From Nocardioides sp. (lineage in GTDB: Bacteria > Actinomycetota > Actinomycetes > Propionibacteriales > Nocardioidaceae), in assembly GCA_035710425.1 (NCBI GenBank), contig DASTDJ010000196.1:1-57509 (forward strand): a stretch of 57,509 bases of DNA, written 5' to 3'. Position 1 is the stretch's first letter. The number at the start of each line of letters is the position of its first letter. The position numbers and the translations under genes were made by a program. This document shows positions 1-9,719 of the stretch, piece by piece. A model generated the notes under the pieces. That model was given only the letters and a program-made list of their open reading frames with translations. It did not search any database and was not told where the DNA came from.

Positions 1-3
1 GGA

Positions 4-147
4 CGAGTCGGCGCGTCTTGACCCCGATTTCGGCGCGAGTCGGCGCGTCTTGACCGAACCAACGGGGAGGATGCGCCGACTCGACGGGTTTGTAGGGCGA
101 GGATGCGCCGACTCGACGGGTTTGTACGGCCAGGATGCGCCGACTCG
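4..147. repeat. REP/BIME-like array: five 16-bp units at exact 32-bp spacing, first two inverted relative to last three
   Basis: CGAGTCGGCGCGTCTT at 4 and 36. AGGATGCGCCGACTCG (its reverse complement with 2 mismatches) at 68, 100 and 132. Lies downstream of the stop at 153 and may extend beyond the window edge. Confidence 0.8.
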
Positions 148-152
148 GCCGC

Positions 153-635
153 TTAGCGGGTGAGGTAGTCGCGGCCGACCTTGTTCTCGGCCTTGAGAGC
201 CTTGAGCAGCAGGCCGGAGATGAGGTTCTCGAGCTTGCCGCCGACGAGCGGGATGCCGACCTTGATGGTCAGGTCGATGGTCTCGGTGGTGACGCCGTGC
301 GCCTCGTCGATGCGAGCGGTGCCGGTCATGTCGCCGGGCTTGCCGGGGATGGAGACCGAGATGTCGCCGAGCAGCGGCGTGGACCAGATCTCGCGCTGGA
401 CGATGTTGGTCTCCTCGCCCACGAACCTCTTCGCGAACGACGGTACGCCGGCGGTGCGCTGCCACTGGTCGATGGTCACGTGCATGCCCTCGCCGACCGG
501 CTCGACCACCACGGTCTTGCGGACGACGCCCATGAAGTCGCAGACCTCCTCGCGGAACGCCGGGTCGGCGAGCATCGCGGCCACCGCGTCGGCGGGCGCG
601 TCGTAGGTGAGCTCGTGCCGCAGCCGGGTGCTCAC
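153..635 (-). CDS. DUF2505-like (START/SRPBCC-like) protein, 160 aa
   Basis: GTG start at 635 overlaps the upstream TGA (GTGA). Sequence VSTRLRHELTYDAPADAVAAMLADPAF...KVGIPLVGGKLE. Confidence 0.75.
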   Translation of the reverse strand: MSTRLRHELTYDAPADAVAAMLADPAFREEVCDFMGVVRKTVVVEPVGEGMHVTIDQWQRTAGVPSFAKRFVGEETNIVQREIWSTPLLGDISVSIPGKPGDMTGTARIDEAHGVTTETIDLTIKVGIPLVGGKLENLISGLLLKALKAENKVGRDYLTR

Positions 636-1114
636 TTGTTGTCCTGCAGCCAGGCCCGGCCGACGGTGTGCTCGACCCGGAAGCCCGACTCGATGTTGTC
701 GGCCATCAGCTTCTCGAGCTTGCCACCCACGAGCGGCACCTTCACCTTGACGTCGAGCTCGACGATCTCGACGGTGCCGTCGCCGTCGGGAGCGAGCGTG
801 ATCGTGCCGGAGGCCGCGGTCGGCTTGCCGGGCGCGGTGATCGAGATCGACCCGGAGGTGCGGCTCGACCACTCCTCGGTGATCACCGCCTGGGTGGTGT
901 CACCGGCGATCTTCTTGGCGATCGCCGGCAGGTCCTTCGTGTTCTGCACCTGGTCGTTGATCAGCGTGAACCCGTCGTCCGTCGGCGTCAGCCGTACGTC
1001 GACCGACACGACCTCCTGCGCCTCGGCGACCTGCTCGCGAAAGGCCGGGTCGGACAGCATCGCGAACACCTCGTCGGGGCTCGCGTCGTAGGCGAGCTCG
1101 GTGCGGAAGTCCAT
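632..1114 (-). CDS. DUF2505-like protein, 160 aa (paralog of neighbour)
   Basis: MDFRTELAYDASPDEVFAMLSDPAF...KVKVPLVGGKLE; ATG at 1114. Confidence 0.75.
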   Translation of the reverse strand: MDFRTELAYDASPDEVFAMLSDPAFREQVAEAQEVVSVDVRLTPTDDGFTLINDQVQNTKDLPAIAKKIAGDTTQAVITEEWSSRTSGSISITAPGKPTAASGTITLAPDGDGTVEIVELDVKVKVPLVGGKLEKLMADNIESGFRVEHTVGRAWLQDNK

Positions 1115-1158
1115 GGCGCACATCATGCACCGGCCCGCGGAGAGGTACGTTCCGTCCC

Positions 1159-1950
1159 ATGAGCGAGTCGTTCGTGTCCTTCGGCGAGCAGGGAGCCCAG
1201 CTGACCTACGGCAGCTACCTGCGGCTGCCGCAGCTGCTGGACTCCCAGCACCTGGAGTCCGACCCACCGGCTCACGACGAGCTGCTGTTCATCACGATCC
1301 ACCAGGTCTACGAGCTGTGGTTCAAGCAGCTCCTGCACGAGGTCGGCGCGGCCCGCGACGCGATGACGCGAGGTGAGCTGTGGTGGGCCCAGCACCTGCT
1401 GCAGCGGGTGCACGTGATCGAGCGGGTCCTGGTGCAGCAGATCGACGTGCTCGAGACGATGACGCCGCAGGACTTCCTGGAGTTCCGGCAGCGGCTCGCC
1501 CCGGCCAGCGGGTTCCAGTCGGTGCAGTTCCGGGAGCTGGAGTTCCTCTCAGGCGCCAAGGACCCGGCGTACGTCGAACGCTTCCGCGGGCTGACCGAGG
1601 TCGAGAAGGATCGGCTGCGCCGTCGGCTGGAGGAGCCGACGCTCTGGGACGCGTTCCTGACCGTGCTCGACGCCGCCGGGCTGCCGGCGGACACCGACGA
1701 GGCGGTGTCGGAGTCGATGCGCAGCGTCGCGCACGACCGGTCGAGCCACGCCGCGATCTGGGCGCTGGCCGAGGCGCTGCTGCAGCACGACGAGCTCGCG
1801 GCGAGCTGGCGGGCTCGCCACGTCGTGATGGTGGAGCGGATGATCGGCAGCAAGTCCGGCACCGGCGGCTCGAGCGGCTCGTCGTACCTCCGGGGGCGGC
1901 TGCCGATGCGCTACTACCCGCTGCTCTGGGACCTGCGCAGCGAGCTCTGA
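1159..1950 (+). CDS. kynA: Tryptophan 2,3-dioxygenase
   Basis: Motifs TYGSYL, HDELLFITIHQVYELWFK, ASGFQSVQFRELE, VERMIGSKSGTGGSSG. Confidence 0.92.
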   Translation: MSESFVSFGEQGAQLTYGSYLRLPQLLDSQHLESDPPAHDELLFITIHQVYELWFKQLLHEVGAARDAMTRGELWWAQHLLQRVHVIERVLVQQIDVLETMTPQDFLEFRQRLAPASGFQSVQFRELEFLSGAKDPAYVERFRGLTEVEKDRLRRRLEEPTLWDAFLTVLDAAGLPADTDEAVSESMRSVAHDRSSHAAIWALAEALLQHDELAASWRARHVVMVERMIGSKSGTGGSSGSSYLRGRLPMRYYPLLWDLRSEL

Positions 1951-2004
1951 CCAACGGCCCAGGGCGACTCGCCCGGCGGGCTCGGTCAGGACTACTGTCG
2001 GAGC

Positions 2005-5000
2005 GTGTCAACGACGACGCAGGATGTGGACAAGACCCAGCTCATCGAGAAGGCCACCGTGCTGGCCAAGCACGGACGCGGCACCGGCGGCCCGCCCCAT
2101 GACCAGGTCGACGCCCTCCTCCACGCCTACTACCGGCACGTCGCCCCCGAGGACATCGTCGGCCGCTCCGACGTCGATGTGTACGGCGCCCTCGCGTCGC
2201 ACTACAAGCTGGCGCTCGACCGCCCGCAGGGCACCGCGCAGGTGCGCGCGTTCACGCCCACGCTGGCCGAGCACGGCTGGTCGGCGAGCGGCCACTCCAT
2301 CGTCCAGGTGGTCGTCGACGACATGCCCTTCCTCGTCGACTCGCTGACGATGGAGCTGTCCCGGCAGCTGCGCGGGGTGCACGCGGTGATCCACCCGAAC
2401 TTCGACGTGGTCCGCGACGTCACCGGCGCTCTGCAGACCGTCCACCCGGTCGAGGACGGTGCGAGCCTGCCCGAGGGCGAGGCGGTCCGCGAGTCGTGGA
2501 TGCACGTCGAGATCGACCGGATCCGCGAGGGCGACGACCCCGCGGAGATCGTCGACCACGTCCAGCGGGTGCTCCGCGACGTGCGCGAGGCGGTCGAGGA
2601 CTGGGACAAGATGCAGGCCCAGGTCGCCGCCGTCGTCGCCGGCCTCAAGAGCGACCCGCCGCCGCTCGACCCCGAAGAGGTGCGCCAGGCGGGTGAGCTG
2701 CTGGAGTGGCTCGCCGACGAGCACTACACGTTCCTCGGCTACCGCGAGTACAAGCTCGAGCGCGAGGGCGACGACGACTACCTGCGCGCCATCCCCGGCA
2801 CCGGTCTCGGCATCCTGCGCTCCGACCAGGAGATGTCGGAGTCGTTCGGCCGGCTCCCCGAGCCGGTCAAGGCCAAGGCCCGCGAGAAGACCCTGCTCGT
2901 GCTCGCGAAGGCCAACTCGCGCGCCACCGTGCACCGGCCGGCCTACCTCGACTACGTCGGCGTGAAGACGTTCGACGAGTCGGGCGAGGTCACGGGCGAG
3001 CGCCGGTTCCTCGGCCTGCTGTCCAGCGCGGCCTACACGGAGTCGCTGCTGCGCATCCCGCTGGTGAAGGAGAAGGCGCAGGCGGTCCTCAAGCGCAGCG
3101 GGTTCGACCCCCGCAGCCACGCCGGCAAGGCGCTGATGGACACCCTGGAGACCTACCCCCGCGACGAGCTGCTGCACACGCCGGTCGACGAGCTGGTGCC
3201 GATGGCCGAGGCCGCGATGCACGCGCGGGAGCGCCGCGCCGTACGCATGTTCATCCGCAAGGACACCTACGGCCGCTACGTGTCGGTGCTCGTCTACCTG
3301 CCCCGCGACCGCTACAACACCGGTGTCCGCGAGAAGTTCGCACAGCTGCTCCAGCAGCGGCTCGGGGCGGAGTCGGTCGAGTTCAACGTCAGCATCGGCG
3401 AGTCCACGACCGCGCGGGTCCACTTCGTCGTCCACCTGCCCAAGGGCGAGGCGCTGCCCGACATCGACATCCCCGACCTCGAGCGCCGGCTGGCCGAGGC
3501 CTCCCGCTCGTGGCACGACGACTTCACCGCCGCCGTGATCGCGGAGTACGGCGAGGAGACGGGCGGCACGCTCAGTCGCCGCTACCTCGACTCGTTCCCG
3601 GAGGCCTACAAGGAGGACTTCTCCCCGCGTACGGCGGCCGTCGACCTCGGCCGGCTCGAGGCGATCGAGGGCGACGAGGGCATCGACCACTCCCTCTACC
3701 AGGACCTCGACGCGGCCAGCGGCGAGGCGCGGCTGAAGCTCTTCCGGATCGGCCCGCCGCTGTCGCTCTCGGAGATCCTGCCGACGCTCTCGTCGATGGG
3801 GGTCGAGGTCGTCGACGAGCGGCCCTACGTGCTGGACGGACTGGAGCGTCCCTCGCACATCTACGAGTTCGGGCTGCACTACCAGGGCAGCCTCCCCGAG
3901 CACGGGCGAGAGCTTTTCCAGGACGCGATCCGCGCCGTGTGGGACGGCTACAACGAGATCGACGGGTTCAACGAGCTGGTGCTCGGCGCCCGGCTGACCT
4001 GGCGCCAGGCGACCCTGCTGCGCGCCTACGCGAAGTACCTCAAGCAGGGCAACTCGCCGTTCGCCCTCGACTACATCGAGGACGCCCTCTGCAACAACAC
4101 CGACATCACCCGGCTGCTGGTCCAGCTGTTCGAGGCGAGGTTCGACCCGACCGCGAACACCGCGGGTGACGACCCGGCCCGGGTCCAGCAGCTCACGACG
4201 CTCCAGGAGCGGATCGTGCTCGCCCTCGACGACGTGGCCAGCCTCGACCACGACAGGATCCTGCGGTCCTACCTCACGCTCATCAACGCGACCCTGCGCA
4301 CCAACTACTTCCAGCCGGACGCCGACGGCGGGCCGAAGACCTACATCTCCCTCAAGCTCGAGCCGTCCCAGATCCCGGAGCTGCCGGAGCCGCGGCCCCG
4401 GTTCGAGATCTTCGTCTACTCCCCGCGCGTCGAGGGCGTCCACCTCCGGTTCGGCGCGGTCGCGCGCGGCGGGCTGCGCTGGTCCGACCGCCGCGACGAC
4501 TTCCGCACCGAGATCCTCGGCCTGGTCAAGGCGCAGATGGTGAAGAACACCGTCATCGTGCCGGTGGGAGCGAAGGGCGGCTTCTTCTGCAAGCAGCTGC
4601 CCGACTCCTCCGACCGCGAGGCGTGGATGAACGAGGGCATCGCCTGCTACAAGACGTTCATCTCGGGCCTGCTCGACATCACCGACAACCTGGTCGAGTC
4701 CGCCTCGGTGCCGCCGCGCGACGTGGTCCGGCACGACGGTGACGACACCTACCTGGTGGTGGCGGCCGACAAGGGCACCGCGACGTTCTCCGACATCGCC
4801 AACGGCGTGGCGATCGACTACGGCTTCTGGCTCGGCGACGCGTTCGCCAGCGGCGGCTCGGTCGGTTACGACCACAAGGCGATGGGCATCACCGCCCGCG
4901 GCGCCTGGGTGGCGGTGCAGCGGCACTTCCGCGAGATGGGCCTCGACTGCCAGACCGAGGACTTCACCTGCGTCGGCATCGGCGACATGTCCGGCGACGT

Positions 5001-6870
5001 GTTCGGCAACGGCATGCTGTGCTCCGAGCACACCCGCCTGGTCGCCGCGTTCGACCACCGCGACATCTTCATCGACCCCTCGCCCGACCCGGAGACGTCG
5101 TACGCCGAGCGCCGGCGGCTGTTCGAGCTGCCGCGGTCGAGCTGGCAGGACTACGACGCCTCGCTGATCTCCGAGGGCGGCGGGGTGTTCCCGCGTTCGC
5201 AGAAGTCGATCAAGCTGAACGACCAGATCCGGCGGGCGCTGGGCATCGAGGCGTCGGTGGAGGCGATGACGCCCGCCGAGCTGATGAAGTCAATCCTGCT
5301 CGCGCCGGTCGACCTGCTGTGGAACGGCGGCATCGGCACCTACGTGAAGGCCGCCCACGAGAGCCACGGCGACGCGGGCGACAAGGCCAACGACGCGATC
5401 CGCGTCAACGGCGGCGACGTACGCGCGAAGTGCGTGGGCGAGGGCGGCAACCTCGGGCTCACCCAGGCGGGCCGGATCGAGTACGCCCTCGAGGGCGGCC
5501 GGATCAACACCGACTTCATCGACAACTCCGCCGGAGTCGACACCTCCGACCACGAGGTCAACATCAAGATCCTGCTCGACCGGGTGGTCCGCGACGGCGA
5601 CCTCACCGAGAAGCAGCGCAACCAGGTGCTCGCGACGATGACCGACGAGGTCGCCCACCTCGTGCTCCGCGACAACTACGAGCAGAACCTCTCGTTGGCC
5701 AACGGCGCCGCCAACGCTCCCGGGCTGCTGCACGTGCACGAGTTCTGGATCAAGAAGCTCGAGTCCGACGACACCCTCAACCGCGAGCTCGAGGGGCTGC
5801 CGTCGAGCCGGGTGGTCCGGCAGCGCCTGGAGCGCAACGAGGGCCTGACCGTCCCCGAGCTGTCGGTGCTGATGGCCTGGACCAAGATCGTGCTGGCCGA
5901 CGAGCTGCTCGAGTCGGACCTGCCCGACGACCCCTACCTCGACCTTGACCTGCGGGCCTACTTCCCGACCGAGATCCGCGAGGGCTTCGCCGAGCGGATC
6001 ACCGACCACCCGCTGCGGCGGCAGATCATCGTGACCCAGGTGGTCAACGACCTGGTCAACGGCGCCGGGCTCACGTTCTGGCCGCGGCTGGCGGGGGAGA
6101 CCGGGGCGACCCCGGCCGAGCTGACCCGAGCCAACTTCGTCGCGCGCGAGATCTTCGGCTCGTTGCCGCTGCGTCAGGAGCTCGAGAAGTACGACAACAA
6201 GCTCGACGCCGGCGTCCAGACCCACATGCGCCTCGAGATGCGCACCCTCGTCGAGCGGGCCTCGCGGTGGCTGATCAACAACCGCCGCCCGCCGCTCGAC
6301 AGCCAGGGCACGGTCGACACGTTCGCGGGGCCGGTCCAGGCGGCGATGGGCGCGCTGCCCGACCTGATGACCGGGCGCGAGCTCGCGGCGTACGAACGTC
6401 GCCGCGACGCGCTGATGAAGCGCGACGTGCCGGAGGATCTCGCCGGCCTGGTGGCGACGTTCCCGCCGGCGTACATGCTGCTCAACGTCATCGAGATCGC
6501 GCAGCGCGAGTCGCTGGAGCCCGACGACGTCGCGCGGGTGCACTTCGCGCTCGGCGAGCGGCTCGGGCTGCCGGTCCTGGTGCAGCGGATCCTCGGGCTG
6601 CCGCGTGAGGACCGGTGGCAGACCATGGCACGGGCCGCGCTGCGCGACGACCTCCACTCGGTGCACGCGCAGCTCACCTCGCAGGTGCTCCTCACGACCG
6701 ACCCCGAAAAGCCCGCCCCCGCGCGGATCGCGGAGTGGGAGGAGGAGGACGCGGTCATCGTCGAGCGCGCCACCGAGACGATGGGCGAGATCTGCGCCGA
6801 CGAGGCCGCCGACCTGGCTCGGATGTCGGTGGGCCTCCGCGTCGTCCGCGGGCTGCTGCGGACGGGATGA
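2005..6870 (+). CDS. gdh: Large NAD-specific glutamate dehydrogenase
   Basis: 1621 aa; ARGGLRWSDR, GLVKAQMVKN, AADKGTATFSD, GDMSGDVFGNG, GEGGNLG. Confidence 0.95.
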   Translation: MSTTTQDVDKTQLIEKATVLAKHGRGTGGPPHDQVDALLHAYYRHVAPEDIVGRSDVDVYGALASHYKLALDRPQGTAQVRAFTPTLAEHGWSASGHSIVQVVVDDMPFLVDSLTMELSRQLRGVHAVIHPNFDVVRDVTGALQTVHPVEDGASLPEGEAVRESWMHVEIDRIREGDDPAEIVDHVQRVLRDVREAVEDWDKMQAQVAAVVAGLKSDPPPLDPEEVRQAGELLEWLADEHYTFLGYREYKLEREGDDDYLRAIPGTGLGILRSDQEMSESFGRLPEPVKAKAREKTLLVLAKANSRATVHRPAYLDYVGVKTFDESGEVTGERRFLGLLSSAAYTESLLRIPLVKEKAQAVLKRSGFDPRSHAGKALMDTLETYPRDELLHTPVDELVPMAEAAMHARERRAVRMFIRKDTYGRYVSVLVYLPRDRYNTGVREKFAQLLQQRLGAESVEFNVSIGESTTARVHFVVHLPKGEALPDIDIPDLERRLAEASRSWHDDFTAAVIAEYGEETGGTLSRRYLDSFPEAYKEDFSPRTAAVDLGRLEAIEGDEGIDHSLYQDLDAASGEARLKLFRIGPPLSLSEILPTLSSMGVEVVDERPYVLDGLERPSHIYEFGLHYQGSLPEHGRELFQDAIRAVWDGYNEIDGFNELVLGARLTWRQATLLRAYAKYLKQGNSPFALDYIEDALCNNTDITRLLVQLFEARFDPTANTAGDDPARVQQLTTLQERIVLALDDVASLDHDRILRSYLTLINATLRTNYFQPDADGGPKTYISLKLEPSQIPELPEPRPRFEIFVYSPRVEGVHLRFGAVARGGLRWSDRRDDFRTEILGLVKAQMVKNTVIVPVGAKGGFFCKQLPDSSDREAWMNEGIACYKTFISGLLDITDNLVESASVPPRDVVRHDGDDTYLVVAADKGTATFSDIANGVAIDYGFWLGDAFASGGSVGYDHKAMGITARGAWVAVQRHFREMGLDCQTEDFTCVGIGDMSGDVFGNGMLCSEHTRLVAAFDHRDIFIDPSPDPETSYAERRRLFELPRSSWQDYDASLISEGGGVFPRSQKSIKLNDQIRRALGIEASVEAMTPAELMKSILLAPVDLLWNGGIGTYVKAAHESHGDAGDKANDAIRVNGGDVRAKCVGEGGNLGLTQAGRIEYALEGGRINTDFIDNSAGVDTSDHEVNIKILLDRVVRDGDLTEKQRNQVLATMTDEVAHLVLRDNYEQNLSLANGAANAPGLLHVHEFWIKKLESDDTLNRELEGLPSSRVVRQRLERNEGLTVPELSVLMAWTKIVLADELLESDLPDDPYLDLDLRAYFPTEIREGFAERITDHPLRRQIIVTQVVNDLVNGAGLTFWPRLAGETGATPAELTRANFVAREIFGSLPLRQELEKYDNKLDAGVQTHMRLEMRTLVERASRWLINNRRPPLDSQGTVDTFAGPVQAAMGALPDLMTGRELAAYERRRDALMKRDVPEDLAGLVATFPPAYMLLNVIEIAQRESLEPDDVARVHFALGERLGLPVLVQRILGLPREDRWQTMARAALRDDLHSVHAQLTSQVLLTTDPEKPAPARIAEWEEEDAVIVERATETMGEICADEAADLARMSVGLRVVRGLLRTG

Positions 6871-6879
6871 GGCCGTCGG

Positions 6880-7902
6880 TCACGGCGGGTAGGTGACGAG
6901 CGTGGCGAGGTCGCGCGCGACCGGCCAGGCTCCGTCGGAGGTGTTGGACACCACGGTCCACGACCCGCTGGAGGTCGGGTCGTAGACGGACCTGAAGGAG
7001 ATGCCGGCGTCGTAGCCCTCCAGCTCTACGGCGCTCCCCTCGGGAGAGAGCCAGAACCCGAGACCGTAGCGTCGCTCGCCGGTGGGGAAGTCGCCGGAGG
7101 GGGCGGTCATCCGGGAGACCCATGGCGAGGGCACGATGCGCCCGGCGAACAACGCCTCCCACAGCCGGCGTACGTCCGCCACGGTGGTCGTCAGCCCGCC
7201 GTCCCCGACGCCGAGCACTGGAAGGTGCAACACGTTGGTGCGCAGCCCGGTGCCGCCCAGATAGCCCGTCGCCACCCCGCTGGGCACTTCGTCGGTACGC
7301 ACGAACGCCGTGTCAACCATCTGCGCCGGATCCGTGACCCTCGCTCGGACGAGCTCGGCGTACGGGACACCACCCGCCGCCCGCTCCGCCAGCAGCGCCA
7401 GCACCACGAAGGCACCGTTGTTGTAGGCGAAGCGCTGGCCGGGCCGGAACGCCTGCGGGTGTCCGTCGAGCACCGCCAGGTAGGCCTCGGCCGAGTCGAG
7501 CTGATGCACCGGAACGGACATCACGTAGTCGGCGATCGACTCCATCGCGTCCTCGTCGAGGTAGTCGCCGATGCCCGATCGGTGGGTGAGCAGGTGCCCG
7601 ACGGTGACGGTCTCGTCGATGAGTGGCAGGTCGGTGCCGAGCAACGACCGCGCGGTCGTCTCGAGGGTGAGCATCCCGTCGACGATGAGGGACACGATGA
7701 CGAGAGCGGTGACGCCCTTCGTCGCGCTCGCGACGGCGAACCGGGTCTCGGGCGCGTTCGGGAGCCCGGCTGCTCGGTCCGCCATCCCCCGCGCCACGAC
7801 GACCGTCGTGCCCGCCCCGTCGTCGATTCGGACCACGCCGGAGAAGTCGTACGCCGACAGCAGCTCGTCGAGAGCCGGGGCCAACCCGGGCGCGTTCGTC
7901 AC
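6880..7902 (-). CDS. Serine hydrolase, beta-lactamase/PBP-like family
   Basis: SATK (SxxK), LLTHRSG, YNN (YxN). Confidence 0.85.
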   Translation of the reverse strand: MTNAPGLAPALDELLSAYDFSGVVRIDDGAGTTVVVARGMADRAAGLPNAPETRFAVASATKGVTALVIVSLIVDGMLTLETTARSLLGTDLPLIDETVTVGHLLTHRSGIGDYLDEDAMESIADYVMSVPVHQLDSAEAYLAVLDGHPQAFRPGQRFAYNNGAFVVLALLAERAAGGVPYAELVRARVTDPAQMVDTAFVRTDEVPSGVATGYLGGTGLRTNVLHLPVLGVGDGGLTTTVADVRRLWEALFAGRIVPSPWVSRMTAPSGDFPTGERRYGLGFWLSPEGSAVELEGYDAGISFRSVYDPTSSGSWTVVSNTSDGAWPVARDLATLVTYPP

Positions 7903-7921
7903 CCCAGGATCGTAGGACCCC

Positions 7922-8935
7922 TCAAGGCGACCGGGAGACGCTCCCCAGCGCGGCCAGGGTCAGGTCCGGGAAGTCGGTCATCAGGCCGTCGACCCCGGCG
8001 TCCGCCAGCGCGGCGACCTGCGCGGCCAGGTCGCCGTGGGCGTCCGGGTCGTCGCCCCTGCGCAGGTCGGTGGGCAGGAAGCGGTTCTCGCCGCGCAGCG
8101 TGAACACCGAGACCTCGAGCCCGGCCTCGTGGGCGTCGTCGACGAGCGTCGTGGGTGAGGTGGTGGCGCCGGTGGCGTCGAGCGGGAAGACCAGCGTGGT
8201 GTGCACGCCCACGTGGGCGGCGTACGACGAGATGGTCTGCAGCTCAGGCGGAGCCACCAGGTCGCCGAACGTCCTCGGGTCGCCGAGCGTGAACAGGTCG
8301 GCGGGCCGTTTCAGCGGCTCCTCCAGCAGCTGCATGAGCGGCAGCTCGGAGCGCTCCGCCAGCTGGGTGAGGGCGGTGGGCTCGAAGCACTCCAGCACGA
8401 CGTCGGCGTCCGGGCCGTCGAGGCCGCGGGAGGCGAGGTCCGCGACCACCGCGTCCAGGATCGGCAGGCCGATGCCGTGGAAGTACTGCGGGTGCTTGAT
8501 CTCGATCAACAGCGGCAGCGGGCGGGACCGGCGCACCTCGAGGACCAGGTCGAGGGTCTCGACGAGCGTCGGCACCCGCTCCCTCCCGTCGTACGTCGCG
8601 CTCTCCGGCCGGCAGGTCCGCAACCGCTCGCGTGCCAGGAGCGTGCGGATCTCGTCGAGGGTGAGGTCCTCGCTGAACCAGCCGGTGTCCTGCGACCGGC
8701 CGCTGACCTTCCGGGTGACCCGGCGGTCCGCGAGCTCGGGGTGGTCGGCCACGTCGGTGGTGGCCCGGAGCTGGTGCTCGTGGCGGCAGACGACCAGCCC
8801 GTCCGCCGTGATCACCACGTCGATCTCGAGCGCGTCGGTGCCGAGCTCGACCGCCAGTCGGTAGGCGCCCATGGTGTGCTCCGGCCGGTAGCCGCTCGCG
8901 CCACGGTGGGCGATCACGGCCGGGCGGGCGCTCAT
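7922..8935 (-). CDS. Glycerophosphodiester phosphodiesterase
   Basis: AHRGASGYRPEHT, EID, EIK, TDFP motifs. Confidence 0.9.
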   Translation of the reverse strand: MSARPAVIAHRGASGYRPEHTMGAYRLAVELGTDALEIDVVITADGLVVCRHEHQLRATTDVADHPELADRRVTRKVSGRSQDTGWFSEDLTLDEIRTLLARERLRTCRPESATYDGRERVPTLVETLDLVLEVRRSRPLPLLIEIKHPQYFHGIGLPILDAVVADLASRGLDGPDADVVLECFEPTALTQLAERSELPLMQLLEEPLKRPADLFTLGDPRTFGDLVAPPELQTISSYAAHVGVHTTLVFPLDATGATTSPTTLVDDAHEAGLEVSVFTLRGENRFLPTDLRRGDDPDAHGDLAAQVAALADAGVDGLMTDFPDLTLAALGSVSRSP

Positions 8936-8958
8936 ACCGACATCCTCACGAAAGCGAA

Positions 8959-8990
8959 CCCGACCTCGTCGCAGGCGCGACGAGGCCGGG
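8959..8990 (-). terminator. Intrinsic terminator-like hairpin after the 9014-9529 gene
   Basis: 14-bp stem (1 mismatch) with 4-nt loop, followed on the minus strand by TTCGCTTT. Confidence 0.6.
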
Positions 8991-9013
8991 CTCTTGTCCC
9001 CCGCGAGGGTCTG

Positions 9014-9529
9014 TCAGACCGGGTTCACGCAGATCGCGTAGCCGGTCAGGTCCTGCGGGTCGAGGCCGTTGTGCCGGGCCTCGACCTTCCAGCCGTCGGC
9101 GAACCCGGGCTGGGGGTCGTCGAAGAGGAGCGCGTCCCCGCGGATGACCCGCTGCGGCAGGCTGGAGATGATCGCCGTCTCGACGCTGGTGTTCTCCCAG
9201 AGGCTGCCGCCGGCGGTGACGACCTTGCCAGCTGTGCAGGCGACGTACACGGTCTCCTGGCTGCCGCTGCCGACGGTCACCGTCTCGGTGACGACCTCGT
9301 AGCCCTTCACGCTCGGGGCGTTGAGCTTGGCCTTGACGCCGGCCTTCAGGTCGGCCTCCTTGAGGGAGCCGTTCTTGACGTCCTTGGCGGTGATCGTCTC
9401 GTTCTTGATCTGCTTGCCGGTGATCAGCTTGGCCGCGGTAGCGGTGCCCGCCACCCCGACGACCAGGACCGCAAGGGCCAGGAGCAGGGCGGGTACGGCC
9501 TTGAAACGGCGGGTGGTGGAGCTGGACAT
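9014..9529 (-). CDS. Secreted hypothetical protein, 171 aa
   Basis: GGAGG RBS before ATG 9529; signal peptide; short repeats (ITGKQIKNETITAKDVKNGSL); C-terminal domain with C-x-x-G-K-x4-GG and YAIC. Confidence 0.7.
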   Translation of the reverse strand: MSSSTTRRFKAVPALLLALAVLVVGVAGTATAAKLITGKQIKNETITAKDVKNGSLKEADLKAGVKAKLNAPSVKGYEVVTETVTVGSGSQETVYVACTAGKVVTAGGSLWENTSVETAIISSLPQRVIRGDALLFDDPQPGFADGWKVEARHNGLDPQDLTGYAICVNPV

Positions 9530-9719
9530 TGGGTTCCTCCGAGTGTCGGTGGCCGCGTCGTTGCGGCCTGTGCCAGAACTCTCGCCCGCCGGGCACCCCC
9601 GGGGCATGAGGGACGAACCCCCAAATCCCTGGGGGGTGTGTAGTTGGGGGGTCTGGGGGTGGTCGTGACCCCGCCCAGTCGTCGCCGCCACTGGTGCTCT
9701 GGGCACTAGCCTGACCCGC

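Noticed and set aside
4-147. Possible CRISPR array
   Set aside because: Units are only 16 bp, orientation flips, spacers are 16 bp with two nearly identical, and no cas genes are present.
2008-5058. Long antisense/shadow ORFs (e.g. 2008-5058, 8946-11768, 24205-26892, 35390-38557, 53016-55907)
   Set aside because: They overlap well-supported genes, have no motifs, and are expected from stop-codon scarcity at high GC.
2005-6870. Functional link between NAD-GDH (a GarA/FHA target in Actinobacteria) and the FHA island
   Set aside because: About 9 kb of unrelated genes intervene and neither FHA protein has the small GarA architecture.
6880-7902. Beta-lactam resistance gene
   Set aside because: Generic SxxK/YxN hydrolase with no signal peptide and no KTG motif.
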